From IMG/VR virus record IMGVR_UViG_3300025108_000233, positions 1-31,069 of that record: a DNA stretch of 31,069 bases. One strand, given 5' to 3'. This DNA comes from a virus. Its lineage: Duplodnaviria; Caudoviricetes. Of this stretch, positions 6,328 through 15,712 are shown in pieces (the first letter of the stretch is position 1; the number at the start of each line of letters is the position of its first letter). Made by a program: the position numbers and the translations under genes. The notes beneath the pieces were generated by a model. That model made no database searches. It had not been told where the DNA came from and saw only the letters and a program-made list of their open reading frames with translations.

Positions 6328-6657
6328 CCACTTTGACAACTTAGAACGAATTGGATGAATTTTAAATTCATCACGGTCCACGATCATCAACACAACATCA
6401 TATTTTTTTTGCTCACTTGTGGGGGTCCTATAAATTCGGTCCCCCTCTTCTCTATAATTTGTTTTCTTGGTTCTTCTAGAAATTGTTTTAACATCAATGC
6501 GAAAAGTTTCATCATCTGGAGAGATCGCAATTAAATCAATCATACCATGAGGCGCTACGTTTTTAAAAACTAAAAATCCTAACTGTAAAAGTTTATTAAC
6601 TGCTGAATATTCGGAGACCGTTCCTGATATATGTTTTTTGTTTAGGAACTCTTTCAC
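6316..6657 (-). CDS. PD-(D/E)XK nuclease (resolvase-like)
   Basis: G.VSE.......L...GF.V....P...IDLIAI......RIDVKT. Confidence 0.75.
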   Translation of the reverse strand: MKEFLNKKHISGTVSEYSAVNKLLQLGFLVFKNVAPHGMIDLIAISPDDETFRIDVKTISRRTKKTNYREEGDRIYRTPTSEQKKYDVVLMIVDRDEFKIHPIRSKLSKWLRV

Positions 6658-6902
6658 AGTAAATTTATTTTTTTAATCCACGGTTTTGGAATAACTTGGA
6701 CACGACCACAATCAGAGTCTCCCTTACGACCTTTGTCAGCAGAAAGGATGATGAATTCTTTCGTGTCTTTAACCACGTACCCCAAACTAAAGACCGTGGG
6801 AGGCGTGATCTTTTCAGCGTCTTCCAAGTCATGCCAACCACTTTCCATTTCATAAGCGTCTATCCACTCTACTTCAACCTTATCCTTTAAAGATTTTTTC
6901 AT
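6654..6902 (-). CDS. Phage hypothetical protein
   Basis: V.W.DA....GW ... S.GY...D ... IP...I pattern; ATG at 6902 preferred over the TTG at 6938. Confidence 0.7.
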   Translation of the reverse strand: MKKSLKDKVEVEWIDAYEMESGWHDLEDAEKITPPTVFSLGYVVKDTKEFIILSADKGRKGDSDCGRVQVIPKPWIKKINLL

Positions 6903-6938
6903 ATTTAGAATATTATTTCTAAACGAGAAATACTTCAA

Positions 6939-7571
6939 TTATTTAAAATGATCTTCAGGAATTACTTTATGGTATTTTTTAGCTTTTGATTGATCTTCAC
7001 TGTTATAAGCGATGCCATAGGCCTCTCGTCCTTGCATGACAGAATAAGTGGAAACCCTATCTTTTAAGCCTTTATCTACTGCTTCAGAAACTGAGTTCAT
7101 GTACATATCGTCAAAAAGCATAATTCCGTCTTTTTTAAGTTTAGGCCACCAATTCTCAATATCCTCTAAAACAGCGTCATATTCATGAGCTCCGTCTATA
7201 ATAATTACGTCAAAGTATTTATCTTCAAATCTATTGATAACTTCTGGATTATCAGAGCGACTCTCAATAAGCTCCAATATACCTGAGTCAATAAACATCT
7301 TTAAATTAGACTCTGTGTACTCTTTAAACGTTCCGTCCTTACCTATAGCAGAACGAATAAAACTATGTTCTGAGGAGCCTCTAAACGTGTCTAAAGCGTA
7401 TACTTTGAGGTCAGTTCTCCATGTGTCTATAATATTCGTACACATATAATTAGTTGATCTTCCGTAAAAACAACCAATTTCTAAAATTTTTCCATTAGTA
7501 GGGCAATAATCAACAGCCTTGTCGTATTCTTCATGGCCATTAAACCACCCAGGAATTTCATGATATTTCAT
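6939..7571 (-). CDS. Class I SAM-dependent methyltransferase (Methyltransf_24-like)
   Basis: ILEIGCFYGRST; FDVIIIDGAHEY; LKKDGIMLFDD. Confidence 0.88.
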   Translation of the reverse strand: MKYHEIPGWFNGHEEYDKAVDYCPTNGKILEIGCFYGRSTNYMCTNIIDTWRTDLKVYALDTFRGSSEHSFIRSAIGKDGTFKEYTESNLKMFIDSGILELIESRSDNPEVINRFEDKYFDVIIIDGAHEYDAVLEDIENWWPKLKKDGIMLFDDMYMNSVSEAVDKGLKDRVSTYSVMQGREAYGIAYNSEDQSKAKKYHKVIPEDHFK

Positions 7572-7716
7572 TTTTATTCTCCTTTGAATTTGTAAAATAA
7601 TTTTTGGTCAAAATTTTATCAGCCTTTAATCTATTTATTTTTCTTTTTTCTTGTTCTAATGCATATTGAACAGACATTCTCTTGTCGGTATATTCATAAA
7701 TAGGTTTGTGTTTCAT
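7558..7716 (-). CDS. Hypothetical protein (52 aa, MKHKPIYEYTDKR...)
   Basis: Fills the gap in the minus-strand operon. Confidence 0.5.
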   Translation of the reverse strand: MKHKPIYEYTDKRMSVQYALEQEKRKINRLKADKILTKNYFTNSKENKNEIS

Positions 7717-7908
7717 TTAAAACCCCACATAATATTTATAATTTTTATTAATTAAAAATTTCACAGATTTAATTCTGCTCTCTGTCATTTTCAAATTTCT
7801 ATCATCCCAATTGTCGATATCATTTCTCCATTTTTTTAATTGTCTTTGATAAAGACTTAATAACTTTTGATGATATCTATCTATTGAAAAAACTTTTCTG
7901 TTTCTCAT
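7717..7908 (-). CDS. Hypothetical protein
   Basis: ATGA overlap with the upstream gene. Confidence 0.6.
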   Translation of the reverse strand: MRNRKVFSIDRYHQKLLSLYQRQLKKWRNDIDNWDDRNLKMTESRIKSVKFLINKNYKYYVGF

Positions 7909-8099
7909 TCTTTTAGTTTCTCCGTTATTGTTTTAGCTAACTCTAAAGCAGTCTCATGTACAATATTAGCCATAGCCCACTTTTCGTATTTATCTAAACT
8001 CTCTTGCATTTTAATTAATTCATTAAAACATTCACAAGCTTCTTTTAATTTCCTGTGATCTATTTTTTCACGGTTAGGACTTAATATCATATTAACCAC
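7905..8099 (-). CDS. Hypothetical protein
   Basis: Coupled to the 3' end of the helicase. Confidence 0.6.
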   Translation of the reverse strand: MVNMILSPNREKIDHRKLKEACECFNELIKMQESLDKYEKWAMANIVHETALELAKTITEKLKE

Positions 8100-9547
8100 T
8101 CCTTAAATTCTTCACCCATTATTTCAGAGGCAATATTAATTTTAGAACGAAGACTTTTAATAATGTTTTCATCTACCGTTCCCTCACAGATAAGATCAAC
8201 GTATGTTACTTTCTTCTCTGTACCAATCCTATGATTTCTAGCTTCGGCTTGTTCTCGTATTTCAAGATCATAGTCGTTAGAATAAAATATCATAGTGTTG
8301 GCTATATTTAAAGTTAGTCCGTAACCACCTGTTCGTGGGTGCCCAACTAAAAATCTCATGTGATGATTAGGGTCCTTAAACCTATCTAAAATTTTAGGTC
8401 TTTCTATTGAAGGTGTTTCACCATAAAAACCTTCTGCTGACCCTTTTCCATATTTTTTATCAAGAGCATCAATAACAGTTTTAATGTTATGCCTATAAGA
8501 ACACCAAATAATTATTTTTCCACCACTCTCTTCAACTGTGTCAATCAACTCTTTGACTCTATTTTCTGAAAAATCAATTAAATTTCCTTCATCTGTTGTC
8601 ATATAACCACAGGCTATTTGATGAAGTCTTTTTAATTGAGCAATCAATGTAGCTGTTGTTAATTGCTCTCCTTCTATTTCAGCTAATGCCAATTTTTTCA
8701 TCATTACGTAAGCCTTTAATTGATTATCGGTCATCGGTACACGTCTCTTTAAATAAATTTTATCAGGCAAATCTAACGCTTCGTCTTTCGTGACTCGATA
8801 AGAAAAATTTCTAATCTTCTCTGTCAGTTCATCTAGGCGTTTGTATCCAGTTACTTTATTAAAACTTCTTCCACCAAAACTCATTTTCATTTGATCGCAA
8901 TACCTAGCTTTAAAAGTATAAATAGAACTAAAACCTAATAGATCCTCGTTTAAAAAAGCACACTGAGAATACAAATCTTCAGGAGATTTAGTAATCGGAG
9001 AACCTGTTAAGATGACTCTATACTTGGCATATGTTCCAATTTTAATACACCTTTTTGTTCTTTTAGCTGAACCGTTTTTAATAATAGTAGACTCATCAAC
9101 ACACATTAAAGTTTTGTCAGTGTAAGTAAATTTTTCAGCGATAGAACTTCCGTTCTTTGTAATGATAGAATCTATATTCATAATTAAAACTTTTAATTTA
9201 TTATCGGTAGCAAATAATTTTGATTTAATTTCAGTTTGTTCTTTTTTTGTTTTTGCGCCTTCCCAAACATGAACATCGTATTCAATATGATCAGCTAAAT
9301 GTTTTCCTAATTCTTCTTTCCAATTATATTTAATTCCATTAGGACAGATGACTAAAAGATTATTTATTCTTCCGTTATCAAATAATATAGAAACACCGTC
9401 TATTAAAACTTTTGTTTTTCCACAACCCATTTCCATGAACAAAGCATACTCAGGTGTATCTTTGTCAAAAGAATTCATCATCCCAGCAAGACCAACCAAT
9501 TGATGTTCCATAGGCTTTGTTTTAAACTTGTATTTTTCTACTAACAT
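8087..9547 (-). CDS. SNF2-family (SF2) helicase
   Basis: EMGCGKT (motif I), VDEST (II), LTGSP (III), GGYGLTL (V), QAEARNHRIG (VI). Confidence 0.93.
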   Translation of the reverse strand: MLVEKYKFKTKPMEHQLVGLAGMMNSFDKDTPEYALFMEMGCGKTKVLIDGVSILFDNGRINNLLVICPNGIKYNWKEELGKHLADHIEYDVHVWEGAKTKKEQTEIKSKLFATDNKLKVLIMNIDSIITKNGSSIAEKFTYTDKTLMCVDESTIIKNGSAKRTKRCIKIGTYAKYRVILTGSPITKSPEDLYSQCAFLNEDLLGFSSIYTFKARYCDQMKMSFGGRSFNKVTGYKRLDELTEKIRNFSYRVTKDEALDLPDKIYLKRRVPMTDNQLKAYVMMKKLALAEIEGEQLTTATLIAQLKRLHQIACGYMTTDEGNLIDFSENRVKELIDTVEESGGKIIIWCSYRHNIKTVIDALDKKYGKGSAEGFYGETPSIERPKILDRFKDPNHHMRFLVGHPRTGGYGLTLNIANTMIFYSNDYDLEIREQAEARNHRIGTEKKVTYVDLICEGTVDENIIKSLRSKINIASEIMGEEFKEWLI

Positions 9548-9584
9548 ATATAATATTTTATTCTATATAAGAGAATATAATAAA
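9528..9584. promoter_or_regulatory. Compact divergent promoter region
   Basis: 37-bp AT-rich gap between divergent ATGs; TTGTAT 9528-9533 with TAATAT 9551-9556; TATAAT 9576-9581. Confidence 0.45.
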
Positions 9585-9932
9585 ATGACACAAAAAAGTA
9601 AAGTATATATTGTACAAAACGTAATGAGAAAATATCCTGACGGAACTTTAAGATCGTTAGACTACACTCAAGCTGAAAGATTTGGAGAAGTTATAATTTT
9701 ATTTGACGGAAATAAACAAGTTGTAATGTCTCCACAACCTACTATTCGAAAACTCAGAACTCTTCTAAAAGACTTTAAAGACAACGATTATTTACTTTTA
9801 GTTGGAGATCCAGCATTGATAGGGTTGACTTGTTCGGTAGTAAGTAATATATCTAATGGTAGATATAATATGTTAAAATACGATAGAATAGAAAAAGATT
9901 ATTTTCCTATTCGAGTTGACATTTATAATTAG
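9585..9932 (+). CDS. Phage hypothetical protein at the head of the replication operon
   Basis: KVYIVQ...A..FGE...DF..NDYLLLVGDP; ATG 9585. Confidence 0.8.
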   Translation: MTQKSKVYIVQNVMRKYPDGTLRSLDYTQAERFGEVIILFDGNKQVVMSPQPTIRKLRTLLKDFKDNDYLLLVGDPALIGLTCSVVSNISNGRYNMLKYDRIEKDYFPIRVDIYN

Positions 9933-9950
9933 AATAAAAAGGAGTAATAC

Positions 9951-10493
9951 ATGGCTATTAATTTAAGACGTGAGGAAAAAGATTTCCAAGTAACGGAAGT
10001 TGATCCTATATCGAAAGGCTCTCAAGATTATTTGAAAGCTGAAAAAGAAGTAGAAGATTTAGAAGCTCTTATAAAAGTAAAAAAAGAAGTTCTTCGAAAA
10101 GCAAATGAAAATTTAGTTCAGTTGTTTGAAGAGCGTGGAGTCACTTCTATAAAAATGAAAGACGGTTCTAACGTAGAAATAAAACCGTTTTATACAGGAA
10201 CTATTTCAAAAGAAAAACAAGAAGAAGCTTTTGAATGGTTGCGTGATAATGGGTATGAAGACTTGATAAAAAATCAAGTCATAGTAAAATTTGGTAGAGC
10301 TGAAGATGATAAAGCAAAAAATCTTTTTTCTGATTTAGCTAACCAAGGGTTGGACACTGACAGAAATGTTAAGGTCGAACCGTCTACTCTCAGAGGTTTT
10401 ATTCGTGAAATGGTCGAGGGTGGAAAAGAACTTCCTATGGATACTTTTGGAGTATTTGTAGGACACAAAGTCAATATCAAGAAAGGTAAATAA
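9951..10493 (+). CDS. Phage replication-module protein (coiled coil plus AFEWLR.NG..DLIK motif)
   Basis: AAGGAG SD; V.P.TL..F..E motif; position next to SNF2 and SSB genes. Confidence 0.8.
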   Translation: MAINLRREEKDFQVTEVDPISKGSQDYLKAEKEVEDLEALIKVKKEVLRKANENLVQLFEERGVTSIKMKDGSNVEIKPFYTGTISKEKQEEAFEWLRDNGYEDLIKNQVIVKFGRAEDDKAKNLFSDLANQGLDTDRNVKVEPSTLRGFIREMVEGGKELPMDTFGVFVGHKVNIKKGK

Positions 10494-11336
10494 ATGACAG
10501 AGACAGTAAAAAAGCAAGTAGCGAAACAAGAAAAGGGAACAGACGTAGCGACACTAAGTGGTCTATTAAAGGCGGGTCCCTCACTCTCAAAGAGAGATGC
10601 TGAAGACTATCAAATTCCTTATTTTAATATTTTAAGTAAGGGTGCTCCTCAGCTAGAAGAAGATGACGGTAAGTATATCGAAGGCGCAAAGTTAGGACAG
10701 ATTTTCAATACTGTTACTAACAGAGTTTATGACTCCATAACCGTTTTACCAGTCTACTATCGCAGAAGATTTGTAGAATGGGCAGAGCGTGGAGAAGGAT
10801 CAGGAGCTCCAGTTAACATATATACTCCAGAGCAATTTCAAAAATTCCAAATGGAAGGTAAAGTTGTTCGAGGTGATGATAACAAAGAACGCTTTGTAGG
10901 AAAATCCGATACCTACATCGAAAATACTGCTGAACATTATGTGATCGTACTTGAAGAAGGTGGTTCTTGGAGTAAAGCGATCATTAAAATGAAATCAACA
11001 CAATTAAAAAAATCAAGGACATGGAATTCATTAATGTCCAATCAGAGACGTGTTGAAGGTGATGAAATTTATCAACCAAAAGACTTTGCTCGTGCATACA
11101 CATTATCCACGGTCAAAGAAAAGAACTCAAAGGGTTCTTGGCATGGTTGGGTCATCATTGAAAATAAATGGATTGATGAATTAGGGCTGAAGAGTGTTCA
11201 GACAATAATTGAAGATGCGACACAATTCGAAAAATCAATTCATAGTGGTGATATTGAAATCACTCCGACACAGGATGATGCTAAAAGTTCCCCTCAAGGG
11301 GATGCCTCACAGAATGGTGACGACATACCGTTCTGA
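10494..11336 (+). CDS. Putative ssDNA-binding/annealing protein
   Basis: Acidic tail ending DDIPF; position immediately before the primase. Confidence 0.65.
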   Translation: MTETVKKQVAKQEKGTDVATLSGLLKAGPSLSKRDAEDYQIPYFNILSKGAPQLEEDDGKYIEGAKLGQIFNTVTNRVYDSITVLPVYYRRRFVEWAERGEGSGAPVNIYTPEQFQKFQMEGKVVRGDDNKERFVGKSDTYIENTAEHYVIVLEEGGSWSKAIIKMKSTQLKKSRTWNSLMSNQRRVEGDEIYQPKDFARAYTLSTVKEKNSKGSWHGWVIIENKWIDELGLKSVQTIIEDATQFEKSIHSGDIEITPTQDDAKSSPQGDASQNGDDIPF

Positions 11337-11463
11337 TTAATAGCCCGCGTAAAATTAAGAGTGGTCTTGTCCTCCTATTCCCACTCTTAATCGGTTGGGG
11401 TGTGGTTTTTTCGAGCCTCCTTTCGGACCATGCCCCAACTTAATTAAGGGAGAGGCTATTAAT
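11336..11463 (+). ncRNA. Three-way-junction RNA with two CCUCCU (anti-SD) loops
   Basis: Closing stem 11336-11345/11454-11463; hairpins 11354-11364/11381-11391 and 11393-11407/11426-11440; CCTCCT at 11371-11376 and 11416-11421. Confidence 0.65.
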
Positions 11464-11476
11464 TTGAGAGGTTAAT

Positions 11477-13033
11477 ATGGAATTAGAATTAATTAAAAAG
11501 TTTAAAGAGGTCTTTACAGGTCTTGAGAGAGCTCATGGTGTCTTTTATAAAAAGAATGAGCCACAAGAAGGGCTAAAGGTAGAGGCTAAAATGACCACGG
11601 TCCACGAAGCACCGACCTTGGAAAAATTTGAGCAACACCTAAAAGGAGAATATCCTGCTATGGGTATTGTTCCTATTAATGACGAAGACAAATGTAAGTT
11701 TGGCGTAATTGATATCGATGTTTATCCTCTTGATCACAAAGCTTTACTAAAAATAGTAAAACAAAAAAAGTTTCCTTTAATTATGTGTCTATCAAAAAGT
11801 GGTGGAGCACATTTATACTTATTTACAAAAACATATGTCACAGCAAAAGATATACAAACCAAGTTAAGCGAAATGGCAACAGCTTTAGGTTATCCAAAAG
11901 CTGAGGTATTTCCAAAACAAATTGAACTGTATCAAAGAGAGGGAGAAGAAAAAAGAGATACAGGCAGTTGGATTAATTTGCCTTACCATGGAAGAAGTCG
12001 ATATGGATTAGATCAAAATGGTAACGCGTTAAGTTTAGAAGAATTTCTTTCTCACTACGATAGTCTCGTTGTTGGTGCTCTCAAGTCGATTAAAACCGAT
12101 TTCAAGAACGAGGTTATTAAAGACGGACCTCCATGCCTACAAATACTAACTGAACAGGGTGTTTCTGACGGATCACGTAATAACGCTCTGTTCAATGTAG
12201 GCGTATACTATCGTAAGGCTGATCCTGATAATTACAAGGAATTAGTTGAAGAGTATAACAGAAACTATATTTCACCTCCTCTTAAATCTGATGAAGTTTT
12301 AGTCGTGATAAAACAGGTAAGTCAAAGTGACGGTAATGGTGCGCCTAAGTATATGTATCGTTGTTCTCAACCACCGATTGAGTCTTTATGTAATAAGAGA
12401 CTTTGTAAAAAAAGAAAATTTGGTATTGGAAGTGAAGGTGATAGAGATCATCCAGTTTATTCCGATTTAAAAGTATATAAGTCTGATCCTCCTCGTTATT
12501 TTTTAAATGTTGATGACAGAAGAATAGAGATAGCTAATACAGAAGACTTGATGACACATAAAAAAATTATTCAAGCTTGTTTAGAACAACTTAATAAAGG
12601 TATTATGAACATGAGTTCAGCAGAATGGAATCAAACATATAGTGATTTATTTGAGTCTATTTCTATTGATCACCCACCTGAGGAAGTCACAAAGAAGGGT
12701 GAATTTAAAGAATTGTTAGAAGAGTTTTGCTTACATCAAGGTGAGGCTCTAACAATAGCAGATATATTTTTAGGTAAATCTTATACTGAAGAAGGATTTA
12801 CTTATTTTGCTCTCAAAGACCTAATGGATCATTTAAAAAGAAATGATTTTAAGGAGTCAAGACCTTGGGTAACAATGAGATTAAAAGAAGAATATGATGC
12901 TGAAGACACTATTAGGAGTGTTAAGAACACAAGAATGAGACTATGGAAAATAAAACAGTTGAACATAGAAGATGTGGAGCTAGATATTCCTGATATGAAA
13001 AAAGAAAATAACGAGGAGGAAATACCGTTTTGA
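11477..13033 (+). CDS. Archaeo-eukaryotic-type primase with PriCT-like domain
   Basis: IDID, SKSGGAHLY and NLPY motifs; PPCL...G.RNNALF; ends EEEIPF. Confidence 0.8.
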   Translation: MELELIKKFKEVFTGLERAHGVFYKKNEPQEGLKVEAKMTTVHEAPTLEKFEQHLKGEYPAMGIVPINDEDKCKFGVIDIDVYPLDHKALLKIVKQKKFPLIMCLSKSGGAHLYLFTKTYVTAKDIQTKLSEMATALGYPKAEVFPKQIELYQREGEEKRDTGSWINLPYHGRSRYGLDQNGNALSLEEFLSHYDSLVVGALKSIKTDFKNEVIKDGPPCLQILTEQGVSDGSRNNALFNVGVYYRKADPDNYKELVEEYNRNYISPPLKSDEVLVVIKQVSQSDGNGAPKYMYRCSQPPIESLCNKRLCKKRKFGIGSEGDRDHPVYSDLKVYKSDPPRYFLNVDDRRIEIANTEDLMTHKKIIQACLEQLNKGIMNMSSAEWNQTYSDLFESISIDHPPEEVTKKGEFKELLEEFCLHQGEALTIADIFLGKSYTEEGFTYFALKDLMDHLKRNDFKESRPWVTMRLKEEYDAEDTIRSVKNTRMRLWKIKQLNIEDVELDIPDMKKENNEEEIPF

Positions 13034-14124
13034 AAAAACTTAGATCACAAGTACAAACTGATAACATTACTAATGAGATCAGTAGAATGTTTGACTATCA
13101 ATTTGACGGTCAAACAGAGTTTACTCTACCAGAGTTTCAAAAACCAAAAGAAGGATTTAATATTGGTTTAATTGTTGGAGCTTCAGGAAGTGGTAAATCA
13201 AGTTTATTAAAAGAATATGGAGAAGAAGAAAATATTCAGTGGGACTCAAACAAAGCTGTTTGTTCTCACTTTGATACACCAGAAGAAGCACAAGATAGAT
13301 TATCTTCTGTTGGATTTAATTCTATTCCTTCTTGGATGAGACCTTATCACGTTTTAAGTACAGGAGAAAGATTTCGATCTGATTTAGCTAGGAGAGTAAA
13401 AGATAATGCAGTTATTGATGAATTCACTAGTGTGGTGGACCGTAATGTAGCGAAGTCTTGTTCTAATGCTTTGCAAAAATTTATTCGAAATAAAGATATT
13501 AAAAATGTTGTCTTTGCGTCATGTCACTATGATATCATTGACTGGTTACAACCTGACTGGGTGTTTGATACAAACTCTAGTAAGGTGGTATCACGGGGGT
13601 CTCTTAGGCGACCCAAGATTGTTTTGGAAGTCGTTCCTTGTTCCCACAAAATTTGGTCATACTTCGCTGAGCATCACTATCTCACAGGAAACATCAGTAC
13701 AGCTACACGATGTTGGGTTGCCACATGGAACGGAACCCCAGTCGGATTTTCATCAGTTATCTTTTTTCCCTCAGGAACAATCAAAGAAAAAGCGTGGAGG
13801 GAACACAGGACAGTGATACTTCCTGATTTTCAAGGATTAGGCTTAGGCGTTCGTTTGTCTGAGGCAGTGGCAAAACAATTCACGGTCCTCGGTCATCGTT
13901 TCTTTTCTAAAACAGCTCATCCTCGTTTCGGTGAATATCGAGAAGCTCATCCTGAAAAATGGAGACCAACAACTCATAATAAACAAAATAGAAAAGACGA
14001 TTATGAAAAGGAATTAAATAGAATAGCTACAGGGAAAAAGACTTCCAATTTTGGTGGCTATAGTCAAGAGTTAAGAGAAAAACATAAAGAAAGGGTTTGC
14101 TACGCACATGAGTTTATTGGATAA
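13030..14124 (+). CDS. ABC-type ATPase fused to a GNAT (Mom-like) acyltransferase
   Basis: GASGSGKS, LSTGE, VIDE and SCH; then HHYL...RTVILPDFQGLGLG. TTG start with GAGGAGG SD. Confidence 0.85.
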   Translation: MKKLRSQVQTDNITNEISRMFDYQFDGQTEFTLPEFQKPKEGFNIGLIVGASGSGKSSLLKEYGEEENIQWDSNKAVCSHFDTPEEAQDRLSSVGFNSIPSWMRPYHVLSTGERFRSDLARRVKDNAVIDEFTSVVDRNVAKSCSNALQKFIRNKDIKNVVFASCHYDIIDWLQPDWVFDTNSSKVVSRGSLRRPKIVLEVVPCSHKIWSYFAEHHYLTGNISTATRCWVATWNGTPVGFSSVIFFPSGTIKEKAWREHRTVILPDFQGLGLGVRLSEAVAKQFTVLGHRFFSKTAHPRFGEYREAHPEKWRPTTHNKQNRKDDYEKELNRIATGKKTSNFGGYSQELREKHKERVCYAHEFIG

Positions 14125-15712
14125 GAAAACTCCTACAGTTGTTATTGGTCCCCCAGGGACAGGTAAGACAACTTTCATTTTAAATAAAATAGAAGAATAT
14201 TTATCTAATGAAATAAACATAGATGAGATAGCTTTTTTTTCTTTTTCTAATAAAGCAGTTGATGAGGCTAAACAAAGAGCTTCTCAAAAATTTAAAGTAC
14301 CGTTAAATCAGTTAGAAAATTTTAGTACCTTACACTCTTTCGCATTAAGGCAAATGGGTCTTACGAGAGAGCACATACTAAGTAATAATGATTGGAGGAA
14401 TATATCAAATGAACTTAGGATTAATATTAACGTTAATAATGATGATGACATATTTTTCAACAACTATGACGACAAATATGTTGATCTTATAGAAAAAGCA
14501 AAAAGAAGAGACATACCTTTACGTGATTGTTGGGCCATGTTTGCAAAAGATATTATTTGGCACAAACTAGAGTACATAGATAAGGGATTAAGAGACTACA
14601 AAAACTTTGGTTATGAAAAATTTACAAATGGAACTAATGGGTATTTAGTTAAGGACCAAGGACCAAAAGTAGATTTTACTGACTTAATTACTAACTATGT
14701 TAGTGGAAGCTTTTATAAAGCTTTTAAAGTTGTTTTCTTTGATGAGTCTCAAGACATGTCTACGATACAGTGGAAAATGGCAGAAAAAATATGGAGAAAC
14801 TCAGAAAAAAGTTACCTCGCTATGGACCCTAATCAGGCTATTTATACTTGGGCAGATGCAGATGTATCAAAAGCAATACAAGTTAAAGATGAAGCTAAAA
14901 ATATAATTGTTTTGGATCAATCAAAGAGAGTTCCAAGAAAAGTTTGGGAAATTGTTAATCGTGTTGAAGAACAGATTATAGGCTATGATGATATTAAATG
15001 GTCTCCTGCTAACAGAGATGGATCTGTTGAGTTTATTAGAGGCATGTATCACTTAGATATGAACCAAGGTTCATGGTTGATAATGGGTAGAACAAGAACT
15101 ATTCGTGATGACATGGAAGAAGTCATGAGAAAGAAAAATATATTTTTTAGAGTTAAATTAAAAGACAGTAAATACAGATATTCTATTGGAAGTAAGGAAA
15201 GAAATGCTATTCTTACTTGGAAAGATTTGATGAGAAATGAAAGCAATCAAGTTCCTATAAGGTTGATAGAAAATCTATACAAGTGTTTAGGAAAAGAATA
15301 CGTAGTTCGTGGTAATAAAAAACTTATCGCAGAACAAAGAAAAGCTTTTCCTGATAAGAAATTATCTTTCAAAGATCTGAAAGATGATTTTGGACTAACA
15401 GTTGACTTTGACACGCCTTGGACAGAAGTAATGACAACAATTAATACAGAAACAAAAGCGTACTTAGAAAACTTAGAAACAAGAGGCGAAGACTTAGCCT
15501 TAGAACCAAGAGTAACATTATCTACTATTCATCAACAAAAAGGTGGTGAAGCAGACAATGTTATTGTTTCATTAGATATAGGAAAAATGGCATACGAAGA
15601 ATATCGTATTAATCCGATTAGCGAACATAGATTATTTTATGTTGCTTTTTCTAGAGCTAAAGAAAACTTATTTATAATAACGCCACAATCGCGGGAGGCA
15701 TATAGAATATGA
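14108..15712 (+). CDS. UvrD/Rep-like SF1 helicase
   Basis: GPPGTGKT, TLHSF, DESQD, DPNQAIY, TIHQQKGGEAD and YVAFSRAK. Confidence 0.92.
   Translation: MSLLDKKTPTVVIGPPGTGKTTFILNKIEEYLSNEINIDEIAFFSFSNKAVDEAKQRASQKFKVPLNQLENFSTLHSFALRQMGLTREHILSNNDWRNISNELRININVNNDDDIFFNNYDDKYVDLIEKAKRRDIPLRDCWAMFAKDIIWHKLEYIDKGLRDYKNFGYEKFTNGTNGYLVKDQGPKVDFTDLITNYVSGSFYKAFKVVFFDESQDMSTIQWKMAEKIWRNSEKSYLAMDPNQAIYTWADADVSKAIQVKDEAKNIIVLDQSKRVPRKVWEIVNRVEEQIIGYDDIKWSPANRDGSVEFIRGMYHLDMNQGSWLIMGRTRTIRDDMEEVMRKKNIFFRVKLKDSKYRYSIGSKERNAILTWKDLMRNESNQVPIRLIENLYKCLGKEYVVRGNKKLIAEQRKAFPDKKLSFKDLKDDFGLTVDFDTPWTEVMTTINTETKAYLENLETRGEDLALEPRVTLSTIHQQKGGEADNVIVSLDIGKMAYEEYRINPISEHRLFYVAFSRAKENLFIITPQSREAYRI

Noticed and set aside
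12288-12296. CTGATGA (also CTGACGA near 4056 and 5738) as further hammerhead cores
   Set aside because: All lie inside CDSs, and I saw no flanking stems or correctly placed GAAA and NUH.
13030-13620. ABC transporter annotation
   Set aside because: No membrane component; it is fused to a GNAT inside the replication operon.
13466-13816. Alternate-frame ORF in the ABC-GNAT gene (likewise 1510..1842, 2526..2708, 14697..14906)
   Set aside because: Nested in well-supported genes, with no SD or recognisable motifs.
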